Shown here: piece after piece, positions 50,002 through 61,793 of the stretch
How the letters are laid out: every line of letters starts with the position of its first letter
Numbering within the stretch: the stretch's first letter is position 1
NCBI RefSeq assembly: GCF_004010195.1
Contig: NC_057736.1
Location: 45,014,326 to 45,078,325, forward strand
From: Chiloscyllium plagiosum
Lineage: Eukaryota
DNA length: 64,000 bases
Direction of reading: 5' to 3'
Notes under the pieces: model-generated
The model's database searches: none
Told to the model about the DNA's origin: nothing
The model's input: only the letters and a program-made list of their open reading frames with translations
Program-made: the position numbers and the translations under genes

Positions 50002-53000
50002 TCTGCAAGATCCTCAGCAGAAATTCACCAAAGATCTTCAGATAGCATCTTCCAAATTGTAACATTTAAAAGACATTTGGATGGGTATATGAATAGGAAG
50101 GGTTGGAGGGATATGGGCCAGGTGCTGGCAGGTAGGACAAGATTGGGTTGGGATATCTGGTTGGCATGGACGGGTTGGATCGAAGGGTCTGTTTCCATGC
50201 TGTACATCTCTATGACTCTACTTCCATCTCCAAGGGCAAGGACAGCAGATAACATGGGAACACCACCACCTTCAAGTTCCTCTCCTTACCACTCACTGTT
50301 CCTTCAGTGTTGCTGGGTCAAAGTCCTGGAATTCCCTCCCTAGTGACATTGTGGGTCAACTGACAGCACGTGAACTACAGTGATTCAAGAAGGCAATTTA
50401 CTATCACCTCAAGGGTAACGAGGGATGAGCAATAAATGCTGGCTAGCCAGCAATGTCCCTTCCCCAAAAAAAGAATTTTAAAAAGTGTTGGGTAAGAGGA
50501 CAACAGTGCTGTCCTTTCACCCTGGAATTCCAGATCTTGGACAGTGAAGCAGGTTTCAAGTTTGCCCATCTCAGCCACGTTATTTGGAACTGCGCAACAA
50601 CAAACTGTGGGAAGTCCCTGGCATGCAGTGTTTGAAATAGTGTACAACTGAGGTTTACTTATTGGACTCATGGCTTGAACACGTGAGCACTTCTGAATCT
50701 TCTGAGTACAAGATAAAATGAGCAATGCTGTGAAGGGAGGATACAATGTATGAGAACAGTCACCAGGCATCATGATAGTAAACCTTCCACGAAACTCCAT
50801 AAAATATTGGAAAATGTAGTCCATTGAAAGCATCTCATTAAGTTGAAACTGATTCAATCAGGAACTCAGTTATAATACCAAAACATTCGATCTTTGGGGA
50901 AAAGAAGATTTAATATTCTAAAAAAAGCCATATTTCAATCTTAAGGATTTACTGCCTGTTAACATTGGTGTGCTAAGAATCTAAGAACTGCTAAATTCCT
51001 GTTTGCTCTTAAAACCTAGTTTCCCTGAAGTTGACTCTTGATAGAAAAATATTCTCCAGCCTGAGCTAAGTCTCCTTTGGCTCTCAACCTCTTCAAACCC
51101 TTAATTCCAAAAACAATTGCATACTTGCTTAGAAAGTGGACCTAGTCTGTATGCAAACATCATCGTGTTGCACCTTCATAATCTACAAAAGGAATTCACA
51201 AATGTTCAGCCATCTGCAATCACCTGAACCCCAGATCCTTCAAAAGGAGCCTTCACTGGCCACTGACTTTCCAGACTCAGTCAAAACTCACAAGTTAGTG
51301 TTCATGTTAACTAAGTTTTGCATTGTTCTTGATTATAAACTTTCTACTTCTACTCTGTTTGCTTCCTTTCACTCTTGTCTGTATTTGTTGAGACAATCAT
51401 CCCCTGGATTTGAACGCATGAATAAATCATACTTTGTTTTGAACGTTAAAGTGTTTGTTTGTTTGTCATTTTAAAACTGAACTTTACAAACAGAGGTCAT
51501 ATAGACCGGGGCCTATTTCATCGGGGAAAGGAGATTAAATTAAAAAAAACACCTCTGCTTATGGTCAGAAGAGGGGAATAATGATTTCAATTTACCGGTC
51601 CATCAATTCTTCCCTACACATTCCTTCCTGTTTTGTTCAAATTTTAGCTGCTCATCTTTCTTGTAAAACCATCTTCCACCTATTGGTTTAAAGGCTTTAC
51701 CTTTTCATTAAATACCATTTCTGCTCAAGTCTGAATGATGTCCTAATCTTGATGTGTGGTTCATTATCTGTGGAGTTGCGAGCTATATAGTCATCAGTGA
51801 ACATTTCCCCGCTCTGATCTTGAGCTGGCGGTAAAGGTTTTGATGAAGACGCTGAAAGTAGTTGATACCAGGACACTATCCTGGGGAACTCATGCAGCAG
51901 TATCATGAGACACCAACCAGGAGAGATGTTTTCTCCCCCGCCTTCCTTAAGTTTCCCTTTGTTTAAGTTTTTCAAGCTTGATGCCTCTCATTCAAATATT
52001 TTCGTAATGTCAGGGACAGTCAATCTCATTTCACATCAGTGATGAAGCCGTTTTGTTCATGTTTGAACCAAAGTTGCATTGAATTTTGGAGGCAAGTGTC
52101 TCTGGGGTCCCAAACTGATTTTTGAGTTTTTTTGCTGAGTAGGTTACCACTTAATCACACAGTCAATGATACTGTCACTACTTTGGTGATTAGACTGGGC
52201 AGGATCTTCCCAGCCCTGAATGACGTGGAATAATGGTAAGTCATTTGTGAAAATGTGGTGAGAAAGAAATAAGAATCTCAATGGTGGTGGGAGGAGAAAC
52301 AGGTCTGGTCCTACAGCCAGGTTTTGAATAGTGAAATAACAATCTTGCTCGTGAGCAGCAAGAGACTTAATTTGCGTGATACCATTACCTAGTCTTGCCT
52401 CATTGGTAAACATTTTCCTATTTTCCCTTGTTCCTGAGAGAAACTCGACAGCAACAATTCAATGACTCCATCTTACCACTTACTCCCCCAGGCCTCCATT
52501 ATGGACAACAGTCCCTTACATCTTACATTATGCTCCATGGGCTGCAACCACCCATACATCCCATTCAAGGAAATTGGTGTTGGACATATGCCACCTTACC
52601 ACACCTTTATGGCACATCTCTGATCTACTTAGAATCCAGCTGTCCACTTCAATGTTGCTTCTTTGAGCATGCTAGCACTTTTCATTGTAGTGCTGCTGCC
52701 AGGAAAGTTTAGCCTCATGGGCAGGCACTCATCTTATGGTTTGACCAGGGTCCATTTTAAGATTTCTTGCTTGCTCTCCTTGAGCACACCTTTTTTTTTC
52801 ATTGGCTTGGATGCTTGTAGCATATCTGTTCTCCGTTGCCTTTTTATTTATATTTGACCTCTCAGTCTGAGTTTTAAAGCTTACACTATTTCCGTCTTGC
52901 CTTGCCTTTTAGCCCAGACACGAAGGCACTCAGTTTGTAGTGATTGTGAGCAATGGTCAGTTAAATGTTAGAATATGTTGTAATATGATGCCATGCTACA

Positions 53001-54399
53001 GCAATTTAAACTTGCATGTATCTGCAGCTTACAAAAAAAAACACAGGCATGTGCTTCAATCAAAGCTGTGAGCATACCTCAAAATCTAAGGGGAGTATTT
53101 CTCAGTCAGGTCAAGATAATCTGTCTTCAGTCAGAGGTCTTGGCATAAGAGGTCAAGGCTATTATCTGCTATCAGTTCAGGGGCTTGAGCATTGTCAGTC
53201 AGCCATTTGGGACATTCAAGGTCAGGAGATCCATATCACCGCAGTCCAGGGGAAAGGCCACAATCAGTTCTGCAGGTCCAGTGCAACCATAGTAAGTTAG
53301 TTGGGGAGCTGAATAGGGATCAGACAAAGATACAGTCACTCATCAGTTGCTTGGGTAAAGGCCACAGTCATAATTCAAAGAGGTGTGTCCAAATGTATGA
53401 AAGTTAAGTACTGATGGGCTTGACAGAGGACAAGGAAGAAGGGGACATGGAGTTTTAAGGCTGAGTTTGTGATTCACTATGCTAATTTAGTACCTACATT
53501 GCCTTTCATTCGCATATGAATCATAAATGAACAATGGAAAATGACTGTGACCACACCCAGAGTGGGCCGAGTGAGTTTTTTTTCTGCCTGAGCTTGTGAG
53601 GTCTACTTGTAAGCAATGTAAAGCCCTTCAAAGGGCAGTTGTATTAATTGCTCATAATAATGATAAAAGCTGAAGCCATCAGCAATCATACTACCCTTTG
53701 TGTGAAACACACGCATGCTCAACTGTGTGGGGTACAATTCTTAGTCACCAAGCAGTCTTGACCATGTTGTTGCAGACTGAACATCATCAGCTTTGTGAAG
53801 CAGAAGTAATCACCGCTGTACCTAAAAGTGGAACCAGTGAGTGATAATTCACGATTCCCAGATCTTGTAAACTGCAAAGCTAACTTTTGTCTCACGTTGA
53901 ACTATAAAAAGACAATAGGACTGTTTTTTCGTTAGAGGAACACCATACTCAGATGAGGGGTGAGGTTGAGAAGACAGGATTTTCATGGTAACTTGAGTCA
54001 GAGCAGGAACTGAACTTATGTCAGAGGACCTTTTTGTAGAGGCATATCATGGCACTCCATCTCCTATTGTGTGGAGGAGTATGCTAAATTGTCATTTGTG
54101 AGCAATGCAAATGTTGACAACTCACATTACTAAGGACCTGTTGTTATAATACCCACTGGGGTTCACTGATAGCATGATCAACAGGTCCAGCCACAGCATG
54201 AGTTATCATTGCTATTGTGCAACAAAGGCGCAGAGAAGTTGAGGAAGATGAGATGCACCAACAAGCTTAGAACCAGCAGCATCCTCCAGAGTTGAAGATG
54301 TCCTCAGGATGTGCAAGAAGTGCAGGAGACTCAGTCTATTGTCCTAAACCCCTCTCCTACAGCTGATTGCAGTGCAATATTACTGCAGATCAAGGATAT

Positions 54400-54900
54400 T
54401 CTGAAATCTTTCACAGAATGACACTAACTGCTGTGTGAGACCTGCGAACTGAAGGAGTAGGTGACCATCCTTTCCTGGGTCATTAAGGTGACAGCTACAC
54501 CTTCACGCAACTAGAGGCTTCCAAGGATCCACTGGGGACCTGCATGAGATCTCTTAACCTTCAGTCTACAATGTACCAATGCTGTTACTGAAGCATTTTG
54601 TACCAGAGTGCACTGCTTCAGCTCAGTTCCTCATGATGTGGTCAATGCTGCAGCCTGCGTAATAGGCTCTGTCAACATAGTTGGTGCTCTCAGGTGCCAT
54701 GACATCAGATACTGTGCACATGTCACATTCAAAGCGTCATATCATAACGTAGCTGATTTCATAACCAAACGAAGATTCATTCTACAGACATAGAAGGTAC
54801 TTGTGAGCATCAGTACCACTTTGTCGCATGGGCCAGGTACTCGGCAGCTGCCATAATGCCTATATTCAAGGAAAGGATACCAGATCGGGATGATAAATGA
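54400..54900 (+). pseudogene. Harbinger (HARBI1-like) transposase relic
   Basis: VIKVTAT, ATRGFQGSTGDLHEIS, NAVTEAF, YCAHVTFKAS (cf. IDCTHVAIKAP), FITKRRF (cf. FINRKGF). Confidence 0.7.
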
Positions 54901-55969
54901 GAGAAAAGGATTGCTCTCTGCAACCATAGCCTCTGACTGAGTCTTGACTTAGATGTAGAGATGCTTATCCTTCAACTCGGGCCATCATGGAGGTCTTCTA
55001 TCATCTGTCTTTCCCTGATCTCAGCCAGGGTGGGGATGATTGTTGAACATCCCCCTCCTATTGGTTGTTTAATTACCCACCACTAATCATGACGACATCT
55101 GGCAAGACTTCAGAGCTTATATCTCATTCTTAAGTTTCTGGCTCTGTTTATCGCCCGCTATTTGGTATGCATGTAACATGACATATGCATGCAGGTGATA
55201 AGCATCAACTTACAATTTCTGGAGATCTTCTGTAGTGTAGCACCCTCTAAAGGCACTCTGTGAGTTGCATGGGTTTCTGTGTTACTATTTAACCAATCAG
55301 TTGAAAAATTGTCACTGAGACAGTTAGTTTCAATTGAAATCTATAATTTACGTTCATTGTAATGTCATGTTCAGAATTCAGAATGAAATGAGTCAAACAA
55401 TGAGCTTTTTTTTAAACAAAGGAATTCCATGCATATAGAACTAAGTTTTTAGCAGCAGGGAATAAGACTTGAGTATTGTTGAAAAAGATACATTTTGTAT
55501 TACGTTATCAATTGGCTATTTGTATACCTGAGACAAAGGTGCAATAAAGATGAGCAACAACGTAGTTTGACTTGTAGGTAAGCCGTCTATTTAATTTCTT
55601 CAAGGGTGCATTAAACACAAGGTTGTGCCAGTTTTAATTTCAAACATTGATTGACGCAAAGGCTTAGTCTCATGATTGCAGGGATATTAACTGCAAGGTG
55701 AGATTGAACAGGTTTGCAATAGGGTGGTTAATTAAGCTTTGTGCTTGTTTTGAAGTGCGTTGATTTCTTTCATTTTTCAATTTAATCTGTTTATGCTGCT
55801 ATGTTGCTTCAGTAGATGACTGTGCCATAAGCAGTACCTATTTAAGACACACCTTCACCATAAACTCATGCGAGTGGTTTTGCAAATTAATAAAAAATGC
55901 CAATAAATATTTAATGAATCTCTAGCTATGTGTTCTCTGAAAGTGAGGAGGTTGTTCTTGCACATGGTT

Positions 55970-56440
55970 TCAATTTTGTTGCCCCAATATCCTACATCCA
56001 CCAGGAAGAGGTATTTGCTAAATTTGAACTCCTCTATGCCCGGTGACCTATCTATCTATATATCCACAAACTGATGTCCAATAAAGACAGTGTATCCTTG
56101 AAAAGATGCAAAGCAGACCTCGTGCATGGATATCATGCAATTCCAAAAGACCTATCCAATTTTAACACACAATGTGAATACAATGAGACCTCAAATGCAC
56201 ACCATTCTTAATGATAAGTCCAAAGTTTTATCCATTAGGCCTGTTGCTTAGCGTGATTGGACAACCTTCTACAAAAGCAAGTTTAAAACAATGCTGGTTG
56301 AACTTATATAAGAGCAATCACTGCTGGGTGATATATATAGCAAAACCATCCTCTCTGTGTCTACTTATGTATGAGCTGCCCAAGCCACATAAGTGCTGTC
56401 CCTTTACGACCTTTGTGTGTGATCAGCCTTATACAGCATA
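55970..56440 (+). pseudogene. Decayed Penelope-like RT N-terminal fragment
   Basis: EVFAKFELLYA and MYELPKPHK (cf. YGLPKxHK..PLRP). Confidence 0.45.
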
Positions 56441-56597
56441 AATCAATCAAATTGTTGAATGAATTGTTACAATCACTTTTCAGCAGCGAAGGATGTTCTA
56501 CCATTTGCAGAAACTATACGGGAATTGCATATTGATTGCAGCACAGATTATGTGCTCATTTGACATTGCTCTTCAGAAATGAACTACTCAAGGAAAC

Positions 56598-56915
56598 TCA
56601 GTCGTTAGCACTGTTGCCTCGCAATGCTAGGGAACCAGGTTCAATCCAAGTTTTGGGTGACTGATTGTGTATGGAGTTTACACATTCTCCCTGTGTCTGC
56701 TTGGGTTTCCTCCTGGTGCTCTGGTTCCCCCTCTCAGTCCAGTGATGTGCAGGTTGCGTGGCTTGGTCATGCTGAATTGCCCAAAGTGACCAGGGATGTG
56801 TAGGTTAGGTGAATTAAGCATGGAAAATGTAGGGATTGAGTCTGGTGAGATGCTGTTTGGAGAGTCAGTGTGGACTTGTTTGACTGAATGGCCTGTTTTC
56901 ATACTTAAGAATTCC
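56598..56915 (+). mobile_element. Diverged HE1/V-SINE-like SINE
   Basis: Degenerate head and core. Confidence 0.8.
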
Positions 56916-57851
56916 ATGATTACTTCTATGAAATCGTAGACAATTGCACTGAGTACTGTATCATTGTGATCTGGACCCATCACTAATGTCTGAATTCATT
57001 AATCTTATGAGTTTAGTTCATGCAGTCTTAGAGGGCCAAAGGACGTGTTAGAGTGCTGTACTGTTCTTCGCAGTTATACTGGCAGAATGGAGAAGGAAAT
57101 TGACCTCCCTACAACGCTGTGCATTTTTCCAAGTGGATGAGTCTGTACTACCCCACGTGGCAATCTCTGACCAGTCTGCTACAGCTTAGTGTTTTGGCCT
57201 CTTCTACTGGTCTTAGGGGGAAGAGGATGCCCACCATGGCATCATCCCATCCATTAGGACCTCCAATTCTCTGTTCACAAAATGGAATGACAGTTCTACT
57301 TTCTCTGTCATGTCTGGGGCAAATATCTGGAACCCTGCTGGCCAATGACCGTACTTGTCTGGGAGCAAAATGGCTTTTTAAGGATGGCACTAGTTAGAGA
57401 TGCCAATCCATTTGGGGATAGCGAGGAGTGGCGAGTTTTTTTGGGTGCAGCAAGTGGTAGAATTGATAAATAATGGCAAGATATTTAGTTAATGAGGTGT
57501 GTTTGTAAAATGCTAAGGGGAAATTCACAAGACTTTGTGCAGAGAAACACTCTATGAAACTCAATAAAACTGATGCTTAGCCAAGAAAATTCTAAGAATT
57601 TGTCAGTTATCACTATTTGCATTGTACTGCCTTACTTTCTACTCTTTCACAACATTGTGAACATCTTATCCATCATTGTGAACATCTGACCAATATTTGA
57701 ATTTTGTTATACCTTTTCCTGTATATCCCTAATTGCCACATCCTTCCAATCATTGAATCCTCTCTGGAATATGTCATATGAGTATAAGATCTGAGCAGTT
57801 AGTCTTTGAATGTGATACCTGTATGGGTCGTAATCTCATTATTGTCACAGA

Positions 57852-58122
57852 TACCCTACAGTGTGGAAGCAGGCAATTCAGCCCATCGATTCTACACCAA
57901 AGAGCTTCCCACCCAGAACCACCCTACTCCTGTAACTCTACATTTCCCATAGCTAACCCATCTGACCTGCACATCTTTTGACTGTGGGAGCAAACCAGAG
58001 CACCTGGGGGAGCAGACACAGGAAGGACATGCAAACTCCACACAGTCACCTGAGGGTAGAATTGAACCCGGGTCCCTGGTGCTGTGAGGTAGCAATGCTA
58101 ACCACTGGGCCACCGTGCCACC
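57852..58122 (-). mobile_element. HE1/V-SINE-like SINE
   Basis: Reverse complement of the SINE consensus. Confidence 0.85.
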
Positions 58123-58244
58123 TATTATTATTATTACTTAGTTCTTGATCCACCATATTTTATGACTCGGAACCCTCAAATCAACACAAGATACAAAGTG
58201 CTTTGTTTACTCCTATCAGCTACCCTGAGTCTGATATCTTAATG

Positions 58245-58516
58245 TTCACTCTGATTAAGAAGGCTTTTGTGGTACAGTGGTAGTGTCCCTACTTCTAGAC
58301 CAGAGGATCCGGACTCAAGTCCCATCTGCTCCAGCCAAATTACAATGTGACTCAGCAGTTGATTAAAAAAACTTCACTCTGATTAAGGACCTCTTCTGAC
58401 AATAGTAGTGTCCCTACCTCTAAGCCTGGAGGTCCAGGTTCAAATCCACACCTGCTCCAGAGGTGTGTAATACATTTCTGAACATGTTGATTAAAAAATA
58501 TCTTCTCTCTGATTAA
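58245..58516 (+). mobile_element. Tandem pair of short tRNA-derived SINEs
   Basis: Two units delimited by three copies of TTC(A/T)CTCTGATTAA. Confidence 0.78.
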
Positions 58517-60793
58517 ACATGATGAATGAACTTTGACAGTTTAAATGTCATGTTTGACAAGTACAGTCTTGCCATCATGACCTTTTTGCCTTGCTAGTGT
58601 GTCTCCATTTACAACAGCCCTATCACCAAATCTCCTGACTTAAACTATGTCTCAGATGGCAATCTCAAGGCTTGTTTTCACTGTCGCTGGGTAAAAATCC
58701 TGGGATTTCTTCCATAATCACTCTGGATGTTCCAGCACAACTTTGATTGTAGTGGTTCCAAAAAGCAGCGCACCCTCACCCACTTTGGACAAGTTGGTCA
58801 TGCGTAATAAATGATACCTCGCCAACAATGTCCACAGCCCACAAATGAATTTTTTAAAAATAAAATGTTCTTACGCAAAGCCTCATTGACACCTCGCTGA
58901 ATTTTATTTAAGGCCTCAATCTTGAAGAAACCTTGTCTCCTTGCATTCAAATACACGAAAAAAGTGGAACATGTGCTTTAAAAACAGAAAAAGTGTGAAC
59001 AGAACATTTGCAATTTTACTCACAGTATCAGATTGGGTGCTTAACAATTTAGTCATCATTTTAAATCTAGTGGTTTTCCTTTCTGTGGCCCAGTCGAAAG
59101 ATAGGTGCATTTTTAATGTATATCTCTGTGGATTAAGCAACTTCCACTTCATCTAACTCTGCTCTTATAGGTGTCTCAACCCTTCTCCCACCTTCTTCCT
59201 GTCATAGGTCTGTAGTCATGGCACCATACTGGGGTCACAATGGGAAAATGTTTTGTAAAAACACATATATATGAAAATGCTTGGGAATCACTGTCATACA
59301 TTAATTCAGATTATATCTTCTAACCATGTGCAAGTCATTCTTTGCATTATCAACATATCATTTTTAAAATTACATATCAGAAATATATAACGGGGGGGGG
59401 GGTGTGGAACACTCAAGATATGGGGGAGTGTGTAGTACAGCATTGGAAGGCTTGGTGGATTATGGGAAGGAGTGTTAGTGGCAGTGACCAACACCATGTC
59501 CTTGACAAGTGAGCGTAGCAAAGTTTGGAGGAACAGGATGGGCATCATTAAGCTATAATGCTGTGTCAGGGTTAGGCAGGCATGCCCTGACAGGCATTAG
59601 GACTGAGATGTGTGTATTGGTGTCAATGGACGCCTCTATGGGCCATAGAGCCTTCAGAATGGAACCCAAGCACACCCCACACCCTTCTTAATATGTTATC
59701 AGTATGCCAATTCATTGCTTTAATTGGCTGCCTGCTTCCACTTGGTAGATGGCCAAGTTGGTATTATTCCTGGTTTAGATACTATTCTATGGCAGGAACA
59801 AGTTGGGTTCCCCTCTTCATAGTTAAAAAATCACACACTACCAGGTTATAGTCCAACAGGTTTATTTGGAAGCACTTCATGCCACTGTTAAACTACCTGT
59901 CTAGCCTCCAAGTATGTCTCTGGAGGGCTGGTTAAATTCAGGCCATAACTATTACACTGCCAAGCCTGAAATAATCTGCCAACCAAAAACAAAATAATTA
60001 CTTACAAAAACCATAAATTATTGCAAAAGCTCATCACGTCTAGTAACATTTGTGGAGAAAATCTGAGGAAGAGTCACTCAATCTGAAAAGTTAATTATGA
60101 TTTCTCTCCACAGATGCTTCCAGACTTGCTGAGCATTTCAGCAATTTCTGTTTTTGTTTCTGATTTACAGCATCCACAATTCTTTTGCTTTTTATTCAAA
60201 ATAATTACTTGATGCCTTGACTCTTGTTGTGACATGCTTCCATTTCTGTGTATGTGTATATGGCCAATGTTGACTAGTATTCTAAATCTGCCAATATTGT
60301 TTTTTTTCAAGATGCTGCTTGGCTGTGCATGTTTTGTGAAAGCATAAGAAATGCTTTGGTAACTGAAGGTAGCCTTAATATTGTCTCAGCCTTAATATTT
60401 GCTGCATTGTCAGCCCTTTGACACTTGTGCTTGTATCAGATCCTTATTTATGCACCTTTAAATGGCATTTTTAGCATTGTTAATAGATTGGAATAAATTT
60501 GTAGAACAAAAGTATGCATCAAATCAATTATCCTCATGAGCATGCTATATTTAAGTAAAAATCAACATGATACAGCATTTGAATATTGGTACCGAAGATA
60601 ATCTGTTAACTAAAATATATTTCACGTTCAATTGATTTTTACATTAGAGTTATTTTCTGTGTTGAAATAACTCTACAGAGGCTGGTAGCCTGTCACCAAG
60701 TCATCCTTTATTTACATGTGGTGAGTCCTTGACATGATCCAGCTCCCTCTGAGCCAGCCCTCAGAGTGAACAGGATGTATGACACTGGTTTAT

Positions 60794-60801
60794 TTTTTTT
60801 T

Positions 60802-60833
<32 letters not shown>

Positions 60834-61793
60834 TCNNNNNNNNNNNNNNNNNNNNNNNNNNNNNNNNNNNNNNNNNNNNNNNNNNNNNNNNNNNNNNNNN
60901 NNNNNNNNNNNNNNNNNNNNNNNNNNNNNNNNNNNNNNNNNNNNNNNNNNNNNNNNNNNNNNNNNNNNNNNNNNNNNNNNNNNNNNNNNNNNNNNNNNNN
61001 NNNNNNNNNNNNNNNNNNNNNNNNNNNNNNNNNNNNNNNNNNNNNNNNNNNNNNNNNNNNNNNNNNNNNNNNNNNNNNNNNNNNNNNNNNNNNNNNNNNN
61101 NNNNNNNNNNNNNNNNNNNNNNNNNNNNNNNNNNNNNNNNNNNNNNNNNNNNNNNNNNNNNNNNNNNNNNNNNNNNNNNNNNNNNNNNNNNNNNNNNNNN
61201 NNNNNNNNNNNNNNNNNNNNNNNNNNNNNNNNNNNNNNNNNNNNNNNNNNNNNNNNNNNNNNNNNNNNNNNNNNNNNNNNNNNNNNNNNNNNNGTGCCAC
61301 AGAACAAGCAGTTGGGCTGGGAGTCCGTGAACCACCGCAACCTGTGGTTGCAGGGGACTGCTGCGTGCAGCACCCTCCACCCCAGATCCCCGAGAGAAAG
61401 GGGGAGGACTCCCGCATAGAGAGCCCTCCACTGGGGATCCCCACCGCCCGGTGGCAAATGGGCACGCCAAGGCCTGTCCGGACGGTGGATGAGGGAGAAG
61501 AGGTGGACGGTGTGCAGCAGCAGTCTACACAGGGCTCTTCTTTTCACCTCCTTAAACGAAACAAAATTAAAATTTCGGAGGCGGCTCAGGTTGTGGGGCA
61601 CAGGCTCCCGCGGGAAGTACGGGACCTTGGGGCCAATGTGAAATTCCGTCCGGGCTGGGGTGAGCGCGGACGGGATCCCACCGCACACCTGCGCGTCCTC
61701 CAACTGGTGCACTGTGTCGGGTCCGAGCACTGCCGTTTTAAGGCGTCGGTTGGCGGTGGCCACGTACCGGACGTCTACCGCTGCCCTGCTGGC
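60794..61793 (-). mobile_element. GC-rich Tx1/L1-clade LINE 3' fragment spanning the gap
   Basis: LGDLGWRVLHAAVPCN...CLFCG (zf-RVT); T-rich tract 60793-60835 is the poly(A) tail; flanking repeat TATGACAC(TC)TGGTTTAT. Confidence 0.82.
60836..61293. other. Assembly gap (458 N)
   Basis: Run of N. Confidence 1.

Larger units (their letters stand above)
47600..50470 (+). mobile_element. CR1/L2-clade LINE carrying multiple later insertions
   Basis: VLKTCAPE, WKIA*VCPVHKKAGPI/SNPANYCPISPLSIISKVM, GVPQGCVLGPTIFSCFINDL, LDTIQNKAA; tail GGGATGAGCAATAAATGCTGGCTAGCCAGC. Confidence 0.85.

Noticed and set aside
52600-53450. Possible additional Harbinger-derived coding relic
   Set aside because: No diagnostic motif could be recovered with confidence.
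58245-58516. Three direct repeats with spacers resembling a CRISPR array
   Set aside because: Eukaryotic context, 14-bp repeats, spacers are homologous SINE units, no cas genes.
60708-61465. Long ORFs spanning X runs with poly-K/F
   Set aside because: Read through the N gap and the poly(A) tail.
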